Below are positions 17,606 through 32,991 of a stretch of 64,000 nt of DNA, piece by piece. Every line of letters begins with the position of its first letter. Positions within the stretch are counted from its first letter, which is position 1. Source of the DNA: the human T2T-CHM13v2.0 reference genome, Homo sapiens. A program made the position numbers and the translations under genes. The DNA lies in assembly GCF_009914755.1 (NCBI RefSeq), contig NC_060929.1; one strand, given 5' to 3'. Below the pieces are notes generated by a model. The model saw only the letters and a list, made by a program, of their open reading frames with translations, was not told the origin of the DNA and ran no database searches.

Positions 17606-19795
17606 GAGACGGATTCTTGCTCTGTCGCCCAGGCTGGAGTGCAAATGGCATGTTCTTGGTTCACTGCACCTCCACCTCCCAGGTTCAAGTGATTCTTCTG
17701 TCTCAGCCTCCCCATGAGCTGGGGTTACAGGCCCGTGCCACCACGCCCAGCTAATTTTTGTAGTTTTAGTAGAGATGGGATTTTGCCATGTTGGCCATCC
17801 TGGTCTCGAACTCCTGACCTCAAGTGATCCACCTGCCTCGGCCTCCCAAAGTGCTGGGGTTACAGGGGTGAGTCACTGTGCCTGGCTGAGCATTTATCAT
17901 TTCTATGTGTTGGGAATGTTTCAAGTCATCTCCTCTAGCTATTCTGAAATACACAATACATTGTTGTTAACTATAGTCACCCTACTATACACTATATATA
18001 GTATATAGTCACCCTACTATACTATCAAACATTAGAACTTACTCTAACTGTATGTTTATACCCATTTTCCCCATCCCCCACCCCTCAAAACACCTCCACA
18101 CCTTTCTGAGCCTCTAGTACCTATCATTATTTTATGTCTCTCTATAAGTTTAATGATTTTTAGATCCCACATATCAGTAAGTTTTATTGTTCTGTGTTTT
18201 GATAATAGCAGATATCTTCCTTTCACTTCTGGGTGTTGGACTCCCTGAAGCATATCTTTCAGGTCTGGTTTAGTGGTGATAAATTCCCTCAGTTTTTGCT
18301 TGTCTAGGAAAGGCTTTATTTCTCTTTCATTTATGAAAGGTAACTTTGCTGGATATAGTGTCCTTGTCTGGCAATTTTCCTTTCATCACTTTGTATATAT
18401 CATCCCATTCTCTCCTGGCCTGTAGGGTTTCTGTTGAGAAATCTGCTGTTAGTCTGTGGGGGTTCTCTTATATGTGACTAGACACTTTTCTCTTGATGTT
18501 TTTAGAATTCATTTTTTGTCTTTGACTTTTGACAGTTTGACTATAATGTGTTAGGGAGGATCTTTGAGCTTCCTGTATCTGGATTTCTAAATCTCTTGCT
18601 AGGCTTGAAAAGGTTTTTAGCTATTATTTTGTTAAACAAGTTTTCTATGCCATGGATCTTCATTGGTCAGGCTGCATTGTTAGTGGAAGCTCTGGTGAGG
18701 TTTTGCTGGAAACAGGGACACCAGTCCAGTTTTGTTGCCCCATAGGTGCTATTGGTGGGCCAAGAATGCCTGTTCTTGGACCCCTGAGCAGTGTACACAG
18801 CCACTGGTGGTAGCAGGTTTAGGCAGGCCAATTCTTGAGCCTCCAGGTGGCTTTCTTGGGTGCCAGTAGGAGCAGCTGTGGATCAAGCAGATGGGTGAGT
18901 CCTTGGGCCGCTGAGCAGCATGCATAGTATGGGCCATGGCAGTAGGGTGGCGGGATAACTCTTGGGCTTTCAGGCAGCATTCTCTGGTATTAATGGTGGC
19001 TGTGATGGGCCAGGTGGGCCATTCCCCATACCCTCAGGTGGCACATGTGGATGCTGATGTTGGTGGTGGCAGCAGGCTGGGCTGACCCATCTTCAGGCCC
19101 CTGGGAGGACTGCACAGATACCAGCAGTGGTGGACAGGGTGAGGCAATCCTCAGGCTTTCAGGCAGCATGCTTGAGTGCCAGCTGCAGGTTTTCTGGGCT
19201 TGTGGTTGGGGCCTCTGGTGGTGCACACATGTGCCCAGAGTGACCGATGGGGTGGGGTGATACCCCAGGTCCCTTAGTGGCTAGATGGGGAATACCAGGT
19301 GAGGTGGGCTTCTCTTTAGGTCTCCCCTCCATAGTGTGCATGGGTATAAGGTGTAGTGGGCACAGTAGGGAAGTCCTTAGGTCTCCAAATTGCGTGCTCG
19401 GATGACCGGCATTATTGGGCTGTTATTAGAGCCCCTGATGCTATGTGTGTGCACCTGGGGTGACTTACAGGGCAAGACAACTTCCCAGATCTTTGGGCAG
19501 CATGCTCGCAGGAGTGGTGGTGGTGCCAGGCCAGGTGTGCCTGTCCTGAGGCCCCCAGTGGCATGCATAGGAATAGGCTGTGGTGGGCAAAGTGGGGCAA
19601 TTCCCAGGCCCTGGTTGGCATGCCCCAGCAGCAGCAGGCTATCCTCAGCATGTATGCAAGTGTGTGGCAACCTTGCTGCTGGAGGCGGGGTGGGGTTCTG
19701 CCAGTGGCAGCCAGTCTAGGTAGGTGGCTCTCAGGCTCTGTGGAGCTCATGCTACAGCTCTCTGGCAGTGATAACAGCAGTGGTAGTGGGTGGGA
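17437..19795 (-). mobile_element. L1MA-type element with large internal deletions: 3'UTR (~17437-18178), ORF1-region piece (~18178-18650), GC-rich 5'UTR piece (~18655-19795)
   Basis: GTTGATACATAATGTTTGTACATACTTATGGGG 3' end; GGTGATAAATTCCCTCAGTTTTTGCTTGTCT ORF1-region motif; imperfect GGTGGCAG/CTCAGGCCCC repeats typical of L1M 5' ends. Confidence 0.7.
17574..17887 (-). mobile_element. Alu (AluS-type) inserted in L1MA
   Basis: T-tail then GAGACGGATTCTTGCTCTGTCGCCCAGGCTGG; TSD CATTTAT(A/C)ATTTCT at 17560-17573 and 17891-17904. Confidence 0.95.
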
Positions 19796-20605
19796 AGATT
19801 CTAACAATAAAATTTTATGAGCTTATATAAGCTGGCGCTAGCACACCACTGGATCTTGGCTTCATTCTCTTTACCAGGGTTGAGCCCCTGGGAGATAGTA
19901 AAACATGTCCAAATAAATTTGGAGGAATCAAAAAATATTGTACATTGAACTGTGATTCCCTGGACATAGACTAAAGACTTTACGGGTCATGCAGAGAAAC
20001 CATGAATTCAGAATGGACCACAAGCAGCATGGTTGGAGAACAAGAAAGCAGCAATGTTGGAGGAAGTGAAAGGATATGGGGTAATATTTCAAATTTCATA
20101 AAGCCTACTTGTGGTTTCCACAAGCTCAGTGTGCTATATGGGGTGACAAAAAATTGTGAGAAAATTCATGGAACAGAAGAGACATTAACTAGATGGTATG
20201 ATAGGAAATGTGGGTTTCAAAGTGGATGCTACTACATATAAAGCTTCAAAAGACCAGATAGCAAGACTGGTTCAATATGGATATTGTTTGAGGATGCTTA
20301 GTACTTAGGTAGGACAGAACATTCACAATAGCAGCCAGCACAGTGTGAAAAGACAGCTGGTGGACCAGTGTCCCCATCATTCCTCTTCCATGAGTATTTG
20401 GATGAATCTTGAAAAGGAGAAGGTAAAATAAAAAAACCTATAGCAAGACAAAAATAGTCCTAAGAGGGAGCTTAAGTTTGAGCTCATTATATAGTTACCT
20501 TGAATAATATTAATTGAAAAGTTTAAGACTTTTTTCCTCATTAATTGGCATAGGAGCAGAAAGGAAAAAAAAACTTGGAGAAAATAAAGTTACATTTTTG
20601 GACTA

Positions 20606-20985
20606 TGATATGGTTTGGCTGTGTCCTCCCACCCAAAATCTCATCTTGAATTGTAATCACCATAATCCCCATGTGTCAAGGGTGGGACCAAGGGTAGAGG
20701 TAATTGGTTCATGGGGGCGGTTTCCCCCATCGTGTTCTCATGATAGTGAGTGAGTCTCACGAGATCTGATCATCTTATAAGCGTCTGGCATTTTTCCTGC
20801 TTGTACTCACTCCATCCTGCTGTCCTGTGAAGAAGGTGCCTGCCTCTCCTTTGCCTTCTGCCATGATTGTAAGTTTCCTGAGGCCTCCCCAGCAATGTGG
20901 AACTGTGAGTCAATTAAACCTCTTTCCTTTATAAATTACCCAGTCTTGGGCAGTTCTTTATAGCAGTATGAAAACAGAATAAACA
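20606..20985 (+). mobile_element. THE1 (THE1C/D-like) MaLR solo LTR
   Basis: TGATATGGTTTGGCTGTGTCC start; CAATTAAACCTCTTTCCTTTATAAATTACCCAGTC; ends ...AATAAACA. Confidence 0.92.
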
Positions 20986-21232
20986 GGGTACATCTGAGTT
21001 CTAGCAAAAGTTACATTTTAGAATACATCTGAGTTTTGATTTCTCTGTAGTTAGCACACATTATATGGAGAATGTTTTCTTAATTAAGAAATTGTTTTCA
21101 AACATCTTTATATAAATTATGTTTCATTTCAAAATAAATTTCTAGCCAAAATTTTTCTTTCAATTCTCTCATGTTTGCAATAACCTTAGAAATCCCACAT
21201 TTAGGCTTTCCTGTCACCTCCAGAATGGTACG

Positions 21233-21785
21233 TCAACAGATGAATGGATTAAAAAAAGTATGTACACTCAATGGAATACTATTGATCCTTAAAAAAGAAG
21301 GAAATTCTATCATTTACAACATAAATGGAATTGAAAAACATTATGCTAAATGAAATAAGCCAAGTACAGTAAAAAAAAAAAAAAATACTGTGTGGTTTAA
21401 CTTACATGTGGAACCTAAAACAATGGAACTCATAGACGCAGAGAGTAGAATGGTGGTTGCAGAGGCTGGGGATGGGAGGAGGAATGGGAAGATAATGGAT
21501 AAAGTATACAACATCTCAGATGGGAGAACTTTTCTTTTCTTTTGAGTTCTATTGTACAGCTTGGTGAATATAGTGAATAATAGGATATTGTACATTTCAA
21601 AATTGCTAAGTGACTAAGTTTCAAATGTTCTCATCACAAAAAAAGTTAACTATTTGAGATGATGACATGTCAACTAGATTGATTAACTAGGTTGATTTAA
21701 TTATTCCACATTGTATTCATAAATCATAACATCACTTTACCTCCACACATTTATACCATTATAAATTATCTATTAAACATTTTTA
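21233..21785 (+). mobile_element. L1MA 3' end fragment
   Basis: TCAACAGATGAATGGATTAAAAAAA...CATTATGCTAAATGAAATAAGCCA...AAATGTTCTCATCACAAAAA. Confidence 0.85.
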
Positions 21786-22118
21786 TTGTGTGATTTTTAT
21801 GTTGACACTCATATCTCATGATTTGTGAGCACATTTTCTATTATTTTGTGCCATTACAGGCATTTCAAATAATTGTTTACTTAGTGATTTGTTATGTTAA
21901 AAAATTTTTATTCTAGGCTCTTTAAACTTGTGTAGTGCTTCATAATAATCCATTAGGCTTTTTGAGCAGAATTTCTTGAATCTAGCTGCTTTACACATTT
22001 TTTTTAAAGTTCTTTTTGATTTATAAAGTTTCTTTGGGAACAATGAGACTAGTTACTAAGCTAGACATGACTGTTATTACTTAGTATATCCTTCGCAGAG
22101 TGTGGATATAGCAATAGC

Positions 22119-22568
22119 TGTAGGTGGTCTGTCATATCTCCTTAGCTCTCACTTCTACACACCAAAGCCTACTTAATGAAATCTCTGCTACTCTCTGCCT
22201 GAAGGCTTTTTAACAGCCTTGGGGAAACTCTTAGCATATGTAAAAGGCAATCCAGAAATAACAGAGAGTTAATGATGCTAAGTAGCACTCAAACTTGGAC
22301 AGCTGGGGAGGTGGTAGAAAAATATTCTCACTTTCTCTTTCCTCAGTTGGAGTAACTCTGAGATGTGTTCTACATTGTCTTCTAAATGTGGAATTAAGTC
22401 ACATTTGCCTACACTAAAAACCAAGGTCATAACACACAATATTGTCTTCATTTCTTTCCCAGTCTTATCACCTTCCATTCTATACCATTAATTCTTGGAT
22501 CACCATCCATGTAAACTACATTTATCTCTTTGACTCAGGACCTGCTTTTGAGAAAACATAATCTAATA
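22119..22568 (+). mobile_element. Old ERVL-type LTR (LTR33/LTR16-like)
   Basis: 3' end CTCAGGACCTGCTTTTGAGAAAACATAATCTAATA resembles ERVL LTR termini; degenerate. Confidence 0.45.
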
Positions 22569-22741
22569 TTAAAAGGGAGTCACAACTATAGAAAAAGATA
22601 CTTTTGAACTTAATGTGTGAAAAATAAAGTTTTATAATAAAGTTGCAAAAGCAACGTTGTAAATATGAACATTCTAAACCAAATAACTTATTATAAGTTC
22701 CTCTCTTCTTTTTATTACGTTTTCTTTCTTTTGAGACAACA

Positions 22742-22995
22742 ATAACAGCAGCAAAAGCTAAAATTTTTATGGTGTTTAGTAGTTCCAGGACATGCTCTAA
22801 ATATTTTACACATAAAATTCTGTTAATTCTTATAACATCTTTATGGTTGGTAGGTGTATGATAATGGTAGGCATACAGAGAAAAAGTGATAAGTTGAATT
22901 TCATGCCCAGGATCATACTTCACAAATGGTAAAGACTGGGTCTAACTCAAGCAGTGAGATTTCAAAGCCCATACTAATAAATACCTTGCTATGTA
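22742..22995 (-). mobile_element. MIR SINE
   Basis: Near full-length MIR on the minus strand (...TGCCCAGGATCATAC...GGGTCTAACTCAAGCAG...TTCAAAGCCC). Confidence 0.75.
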
Positions 22996-23289
22996 GCTTC
23001 TATGCAACCTAATCTGCAACTATTGCTTCAATAACTACCTGCACAGACGTGGCTCCCAAATTTATAATTCTAATCTATGCCTTGTGTCTATGACCCTCCA
23101 GAACTGTCAACCACTGTCCCCCTTGGAAATTGTTCTTAGATGTCCCCAGGGGAAGAGCACTTCAAAGCCAAGGTATTAAAAGTCAAACACATTTTTTTTT
23201 TCCTTTAAATGTGATTCTCTTCTACATAATAAACTTTAGTTAATATCACAAAATTCAATGAGTGAATGTAGAAAGGATCAGGATATTAC

Positions 23290-24450
23290 CTTATCTTCTT
23301 AATTTTCTGAGAGTTTTAAATCATGAATGAGTTATGAATTAGCAATGAATTTTTCTGCATGCTTTCTCTGCATCTAATGAAATGATTGTATGGTCCTCAT
23401 TTTTTCAGTTAAAATGGTGAATCATGTTGATTGATTTTTTAATGTTAAACTAACCTCACATTCCTAGGATTTATTGCACTTGGTCATGGTTTATTTTCCT
23501 TTTTGTGTTTTGCTGAATTCTATTTGTTAACATTTTTTATAATTATTTTTGTATCTATTTTCATTAGTGGTCTGTGATTTTCTTTTATTGCAGTATCTTG
23601 TCTCATGTTGGTATCACAGTAATGCTGATCACATAAAATAAGTTGTGAAGTTTTGCCACCTTCCCTACTTTTCTGAAAGAGTTCATGTAACATTGGCATT
23701 TTTTTCTTCCTTAAAAATTTAACAGCCATGTGTGGTGGCTCACGCCTGTAATCCCAGCACTTTGGGAGGCCGAGATGGGCAGATCACCTGAGGTCAGGAG
23801 TTAGTGACTAGCCTGACTAACATGGTGAAACCCCATCTCTATGAAAAATTAGCTGGGCGTGGTGGCAGACACCTGTAATCCCAGCTACTTCGGAGGCTGA
23901 GGCAGGAGAATCGCTTGAACTCATGGGTGGAGATTGCAGTGAACTGAGATAGCACCATTGCACTCCAGCCTGGGCAAAAAGAAAAAAAAAAATTTAACAA
24001 GATTCACTAGTAAAGCCATCTGGACCTTGATATTTTTTTCCTGTGGGTAAGTTTTTAGTTAACATTTCAATTTCTGTACCTTAATTTGCAAAGTGGCTTT
24101 CAAAAAAAATCACAATCAGTTATTGAGTTCTATCAAATGCTTTTCCTTCATCAGTTGAGATAATCGTATTATTGTCTCTTTATTGTATTAATATAGGAAA
24201 TTACATTGATTGATTTTTTTTTAAATCTTGAAATTAAAAACTTGGAAACCTGGAGTAAACCCAGGTTAGTTGTCATGTATTATCTTTTTAAACTACTGAA
24301 AATCCTTGCTTGATGATATTTTGTTTAGGAGCTTTGATATTTATTCATGAGAGATGTTGACCTATGATTTTCCTTTTTTAAAAGTAATGCCATTTTAGTT
24401 TGGATGTCACAATTATTCTGGCCTCCTAAAATGAATAGGAAATTATCCCT
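23290..24450 (-). mobile_element. Old L1M ORF2 fragments (two pieces), interrupted by Alu
   Basis: Degenerate ORF2 (23520..23729 LHELFQK...RPLMKIDTKII); CTGCATCTAATGAAATGAT-like L1 motifs. Confidence 0.7.
23725..23987 (+). mobile_element. Alu (AluS-type) with shortened linker and 3' end
   Basis: TSD AAAAATTTAACA at 23713-23724 and 23988-23999. Confidence 0.93.
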
Positions 24451-25039
24451 CTGAAGAAGGTTTCCTTCCCTTTAGGAGGGCATTTAGAGTAGAGGTAGAT
24501 CATCTTAATACCCTCGAAGGTAGAGATGAGTTGAAGAATTAGTCTTTGACAATTCTTAACTTGTCAAAGTTAAGACTTAAACTTGACTCCTATGATGTTT
24601 ACCAGGGCCTCCTTTTCGGCAAGCCATGAACTCCAAATTTTAGTCCCAGTCTAAAAGTCTGCTACTCTCTTAGTATCTTGGTGCTACGTTTCTCTTGGAT
24701 TCCATGCCTCTTGGCTTCTTTGCTGTTAGATCTCTGTTTCTAGGCCATTGCTTGTAAATCAACAGATGCCTCCAGGTTAAAAGCTGGCCAAATGCTAGGC
24801 TCATTTCTGTACTTTGCTTCTCTCTAGGATCTTGTTCTTTTACATCCTCACTGATGCCTTCACACAGATGTTTTTGAAATTGCATCCAACTATTCTAATT
24901 ATTCTTAGTGGGAGTGCTGTTCTGATAAAAGCTTCTCTGCCATATGTGCAGGCAGAGAGTGTCCAAAGTAATCTTCAGGTGCAAAAAAAATTAGTCATAC
25001 CACTTAAAGCAATATTAGTTACATCAGCGTGACAGCACA

Positions 25040-25237
25040 GTCATAGGTGACTCATTGGGCCAGGGTGCATCTAACTAGGAGTTTTTGAAAAAGCCTGGAG
25101 ATGCTGTGGGCCCATAAACCAGTCCAGGGCAGTCTAACTCTAGGCTGTTTCTTTGTGAGAAAAAGACATTCTTATGTGTTTATACTGTTGTTGTTGGATG
25201 TCTACTCCCAGCAGCTAAATGCAATTCCTACTTGATT
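25040..25237 (+). mobile_element. MLT1 MaLR LTR 3' fragment
   Basis: Ends TCTACTCCCAGCAGCTAAATGCAATTCCTACTTGATT, like MLT1J/K termini. Confidence 0.45.
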
Positions 25238-25644
25238 GAGAAGAGGGCAAGACAAACAAACTTACTTGATGAGGACTAAAATGATGACTGTATGTTTGAG
25301 CTAGAAAAGGAAAATTTGGGATAAATAAGAGCAATACATCTTTACCTTCTGGGGAGTAATTCAGTAAAATATTTACCTCTAGAAGTAACATAATAAATTT
25401 ATATGGTTATAAAATCAGATTCAGAAAGTTAAATCTGTGCAATAATGACAGATATCAGTTAAGTATTAATAATAAAAATTTTGGTTAGATATTATACTCT
25501 GATCATTACTTAGATCAAATGTGAGAAAACCTGTCTTTCCTTGTGCCTACATGCCATATAAAGTACTAGGCTGACTGGGCACAGTATTAGGCCTAGATTA
25601 TGCTATGTTTATGCTGATTCTACCTCTCTAAATAAGCCAATTCA

Positions 25645-27788
<2,144 letters not shown>

Positions 27789-28959
27789 GTCAGTTCAAGT
27801 TTTTAAAAACATAACAATAATACCTGAGTATTTCTTTTTTTCCCAATAGTTAAAATAATAACAATTTAAATGCTTGTAAATACTGAAAATGATAGTAGAA
27901 CTGTTATATTTGTATTTGCTCCTATAGATATCCAACCTCTACTTTACTTTGATGTAGTAAATCAACTTTAATTTTAAAGCTCTAATTTTGAGAGCCACAG
28001 AGGAGATTTTCTTTCATCCATAATCTTTCTGCTATAACCTTCAGCAAAGCATAAGAGAAATTAATGTTAGGGATTAGCCAGATGTGTTTTGAATATTGGC
28101 TAAATTGTTTTCACAGCTCAATCTATCATACCTTCGGCTTTATTTGAGCTCTCCCTTGCTGATGAGCTGAAATTCTACATGTGGGTAAAAAGTGTATTTT
28201 ATCTGAAAGCCAGGAGTCAGAACTGAATAAAGCCATGGATATTGATTATTCCTCATTAACTTTGAGTTCTCAGAGCAAATAGGCTCATTTCAGATCTAAT
28301 CCATACTATGGACAGAATGACTAACTTACAGGAGTACTCATAAGAAAACTGACAAAAATGTGTTTCAGAGTCATGTTTAAAAAAAGAAAAAGAAAGAAGA
28401 AAGGAAAACATGGATGGACAGCTTTTCATAAATAATGTACTACCCTCTTAAATGGAGATAATTATATGCTCCAAATTCTTTGGGTGGGTTTAGATTTGGA
28501 CTTTTTCAGCTGCATGCACAGAGTCAATTCCTTCCCACCTTGTGGTCAACAGCTTTTAACTAGGGACAAATTATCCATAGTTAATGGTATCGGGGGAATT
28601 TAATATGTGGCTCCGGCTTTGCAGCGTCACACCCTATTTAACAGACTAGACTATATATTCCAGAATGGAAAATTCCACCTCCACTCTCACCCTAGGCTTG
28701 AGGAGAAACTTGAAGTTATGTTACCCAATAGTGGCACCAAACTCTGCGGAATTTGCATATGTCACATAACCTTGTGGGTCTCAGCTTTCCATCCTTTAAA
28801 ATTACCGGCATGAGTTAGATGATTTCTAAGCACGTTTTTAGAGCTGTTGTCTACCTGTGGTCCTAGAATTAATGATTCCACTCCACAAATGTCCTTTAAA
28901 CTTAATTTGTACCCAGTTATATTTTAGACCCTGGGATGAAAAAAATGAAAGTTATTGTC

Positions 28960-29314
28960 TCTATCTTCTCTGTCCCATTCATGTTGGGCCTAGTCAATGG
29001 AATGTGAACTGACCTGAAGTACATCATATCTGAGCAGGATTTAAATGTCCTGGCAGAGTTTGATTTGGCTTCTTGCATTCCTATTATCCACTATACACAC
29101 TATATAAAGTGGCCCCCAAGAGCCACTGGTCCTCTAGCTGGGACCTAGAATGAGATCACATAGAGTATAGCCAAGCTTGAGCCCAGATGACCCCAGGTGA
29201 GCCCAGGTAAGCCACAGTAAACCTTCAGACTTGTGAGCAAGGAACAAATATTTGCTGTTGTAAGCCACTGAGATTGTGTAGTTGTTTCTTGCTACCTCAG
29301 AAGCTGACTAATAT
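28960..29314 (+). mobile_element. MLT1 (H/I-like) MaLR LTR
   Basis: 3' end TTGCTGTTGTAAGCCACTGAGATTGTGTAGTTG...GCTGACTAATATA. Confidence 0.7.
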
Positions 29315-30735
29315 AGTGGTTTATTATTTAGTAGGAAAGAGATGTCACCTTCCCAGAAATAATTTTAGTGTAATGTGAAAAGATTCTATGTTTAAAGCCT
29401 TTCAATATCTTAATTTGGTATAAAGAAAATAATTTGACACATTACTTTTTTTGTCAATCGTTTGATCAGATTATTTTCTCTACTTTATATCTGAAGACCT
29501 TGAAGCTCAGAGATGATTTATTACTGGCCACAAATCACCCATCTTGAGTGCGGAGAACTATAATAAAATTTAGAATCTCTGAGTTTTGAATTGAAACTCT
29601 AGGTCCATCTTACATATTATTCTCCTGCCTCTGGCATAAGTATTTTAGTTATTATGCATTGAATCAGGTTTACATGCAAGTTCTTAAATAAATTGACAAC
29701 AGCTGATTCAGGCCAAAAGGAACTTATTTAAGAAAAGGTTGAGTAGTCCAAATAAACAACAAGCAGGCTGAAAAATCTGGATAGGGGCAGCCTAAAATTG
29801 TACCCCAAATCATCCCAGAACCATATATATATATATATTTTCTACCAAGTACCAGATGCAATAGGTTGGATCACTGGCACCACTGGCACTAGACATTGAA
29901 TGCTATTGCTGTTATTAGTGTGGCAGGCATATTGTCCTTGAAAACTTGATCTTGTTGCCACCAACCCTGTAGTCATGACCAAAGGGAATTCTTCCTGATA
30001 TCCTCCTCTTTGTGTCCCTTGCCCTAGAAGAAAAGTTTGGAACAGCTGAATCTTAGGTCAAGGACCTAGGTCTTCGAATTTTCAGCTTTATGCTTACACT
30101 AAGAAGTTTCTCCCAAGTTAAGAAAAGGGTTCTGATGCTAGAGAGCTAAAACAATGACAGACGCTAGGCAAATACAAAATATATTTTTGCAAATGCTCTT
30201 CTTGAAGCTGCAATGTAGGACAGACTAGGCTGCGTGTGCCTTCCTTTCATTCTGGGATACTAGGTAGTTCAGGGATTTTACTGTGCTGGAGTCTCTGCAT
30301 CAAGGCTGGGTATATGGGAAATGCAAATTTTATCTGTGGTTAGAAACATGAAGCAAAAAGCAAGTAAAGTCTCTGCTAAGGGAAAAGATATGGTTGGGAA
30401 ATAAAGGGGCTGTAAATGCATGAAACTCAAGGAGAGAGGCAAGAAGCTAAATCCATATCCTAAGTAAACCTTATGGCAAAAGATTTTATAGCGTGGCTAT
30501 CTTTTCCAGATGCTTGGGCCACATGTGTGTACACAGATTTGTTAAGGTAATATGCAAATTCAGATACCTAAGACCATTTAAAGGTGGTTTGCAAATATTC
30601 TGTGATTCACTTTCAAACTTGGCCCTATTTTAACTAATATAAATAGACATTCCTAAAGCATTGGAAAGCATGAGCATTGTGTATTCAAAGAAATATGTTA
30701 ACCTCATTTGGCTGGTAGAGATTCTGGAAACAAGA

Positions 30736-31543
30736 TGTAAGCCAAAAATTAAATTCTTAGCCTTCCACCAGTCTGCATGGATGGCCCCCCTCCTTGGCCA
30801 AGAGGATCTCAAAGAAAAATTAGTTCAGGCCTTGTTGGGAGGGGAGGTCAGTTATGCCTCATTATACCCCTCCCTTTGGAGTTGAGGCAAAACTGACCAG
30901 CACTAACATTAAAATAGAGACCATAAGACCTACAAGACAGACTCTTTGTAGCAGTGAGATACCCAACTCCAACCTGATTCTGATATAGATAGCATCTAAT
31001 GACAGATAGCAGGTCCTGAAGAAAAGAAAAATATTTTACCTCAAAATGTAATTCTTTGATGTATTTTGAAATGGCCCTGCAAAGCCATCTCTTTTGGGAG
31101 AATTTTACCTTCTGTAGAGAGTCTCCTTCCCTTTCCAGGTCTTTTCCTGATTCAGGGGAAATTTAAGAGTTTGATACCTTTTAAGTTCTGATAAGAGACA
31201 TTTACCATCTATTCTTTCTGAAGCTTGCTACCTGGAGGCTTCATCTACATAACAAGAACCTTGGCTTCCACAGCTCCCCTTATCTTAACTTTTTCAACCA
31301 ATTGCCAATCAGAAAATCTTTGACTCCACCGTTGGCATGTGAGTGGGCTGAACCAATATATACCTCACATTTATTGATTTATGTCTTTGCCTGTAACTTT
31401 TGTCTCCTTAAAATGTGTAAAACCAAGCTGTAACTCAACCACCTTGGGCACATGTTCTAAGGACTTCTTGAGGTTGTGTTCCAGGCCATGGTCTGTCATA
31501 TTTGAGTCATATTTGGCTCAGAATAAACTTCTTCAAATATTTT
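30736..31543 (+). mobile_element. MER4-family (MER4D/E-like) ERV1 solo LTR, 3' terminus missing
   Basis: TGTAAGCCAAAAATTAAATTCTTAGCC start; CATATTTGGCTCAGAATAAACTTCTTCAAATATTTT near the end. Confidence 0.85.
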
Positions 31544-31639
31544 TGAAGAGGGGAAGAAGGCATGGGCTTGAATTGAAATCTGATTATATGTTAAGAATGA
31601 CATGTAATTGTTTTAAGCATTTGATTATGAAGTCCCTTG

Positions 31640-32190
31640 GTATACTTTTCTTCATTTATGTTATGCATGGGATTTTTCCTTTCTGGCTGGTAGGAATATA
31701 AACATCTCCAACCTTGTTTGAGCTCTGTGGTTTTCACCTGTAATCCAACCTCTTGGGTGGTTCTTTGCTGGGCCTCAGGTGGTTTCCTCATACCTGTGAG
31801 CTGACTGATACTCACCCAAAGGCTGGAGGAGGGCCCTCACCAAATTTTTATCTCATAAATCTCTCTCTGTGTAGCTCTCTCCTTTTTGTTACCCTGCCCT
31901 GTGAACTCTAGTTGGCTGTACATCCTTACAGTCCCAAGTCTGTTTTCTTAACTCTGGGAGACTCCCAGGCTCCACTTGGGATTTTCCTCCTTTTCTTGAG
32001 GCCTAAAAACTTTTATCAAGGCTGTAAACTAGGGCAATTGTAGGACCCACCTAATTTGTTTTCTCTCTCCCAGGAATCACTGCTCTATAGAGTGTAGGGT
32101 CCAATGGCTGAAAAACCATTGTTTTATTTAGCTTGTTTTTAGGTTATTTTGGATTGTCCTTGTTACGCTTTCTTGATCCAGAGTGGAATG
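31640..32190 (-). mobile_element. Ancient L1ME/HAL1-like 5' fragment
   Basis: CTCTCTCTGTGTAGCTCTCTCC...CTGCCCTGTGAACTCTAG motif; degenerate. Confidence 0.5.
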
Positions 32191-32595
32191 TAATTGTACG
32201 GATAATATGTGCTATTGTTTATATCAACATCAACAATAAAGAAAGTGTTTTTTAAAAATATGGTATTTTTATTGTAATTTCTCCAAAGCTGTAATTAAAT
32301 TGATAGTGCTTCCTAAAGGTGTTTTTGAGTTGTAAAAAATACATTGTATGCAACAGTGAAAAAATATTTTGATAATTATGCCCAAAAGGCAATGTGTAAT
32401 TTGGGATTTTATAACATTCCAAGTTCTCTAAGTATAGATCCCAACCTTAAAAGTTGCAAATATGGGCAAATTTCACACAGTTGGCCTTATTTATTAATAG
32501 TACATGTTTCTAGGAATAACTTATGTATAAAAGTACGTTCCTGACTGCAATATATATAGGAAAAAATTATTACATAGAAAAGAAAGAATAGTTTT

Positions 32596-32991
<396 letters not shown>

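Larger units (their letters stand above)
17090..19851. mobile_element. MER63-like hAT-Blackjack DNA transposon split in two (17090-~17430 and ~19800-19851) by an L1
   Basis: Terminal inverted repeats CAGTGTTGTGCT (17090-17101) and AGCACACCACTG (19840-19851); AT-rich body. Confidence 0.65.

Noticed and set aside
18655-19800. GC-rich block with many overlapping ORFs as CpG island or exon
   Set aside because: CpGs are depleted (TG/CA-rich), and the imperfect repeats fit an old L1M 5'UTR; the ORFs have no recognisable domain.
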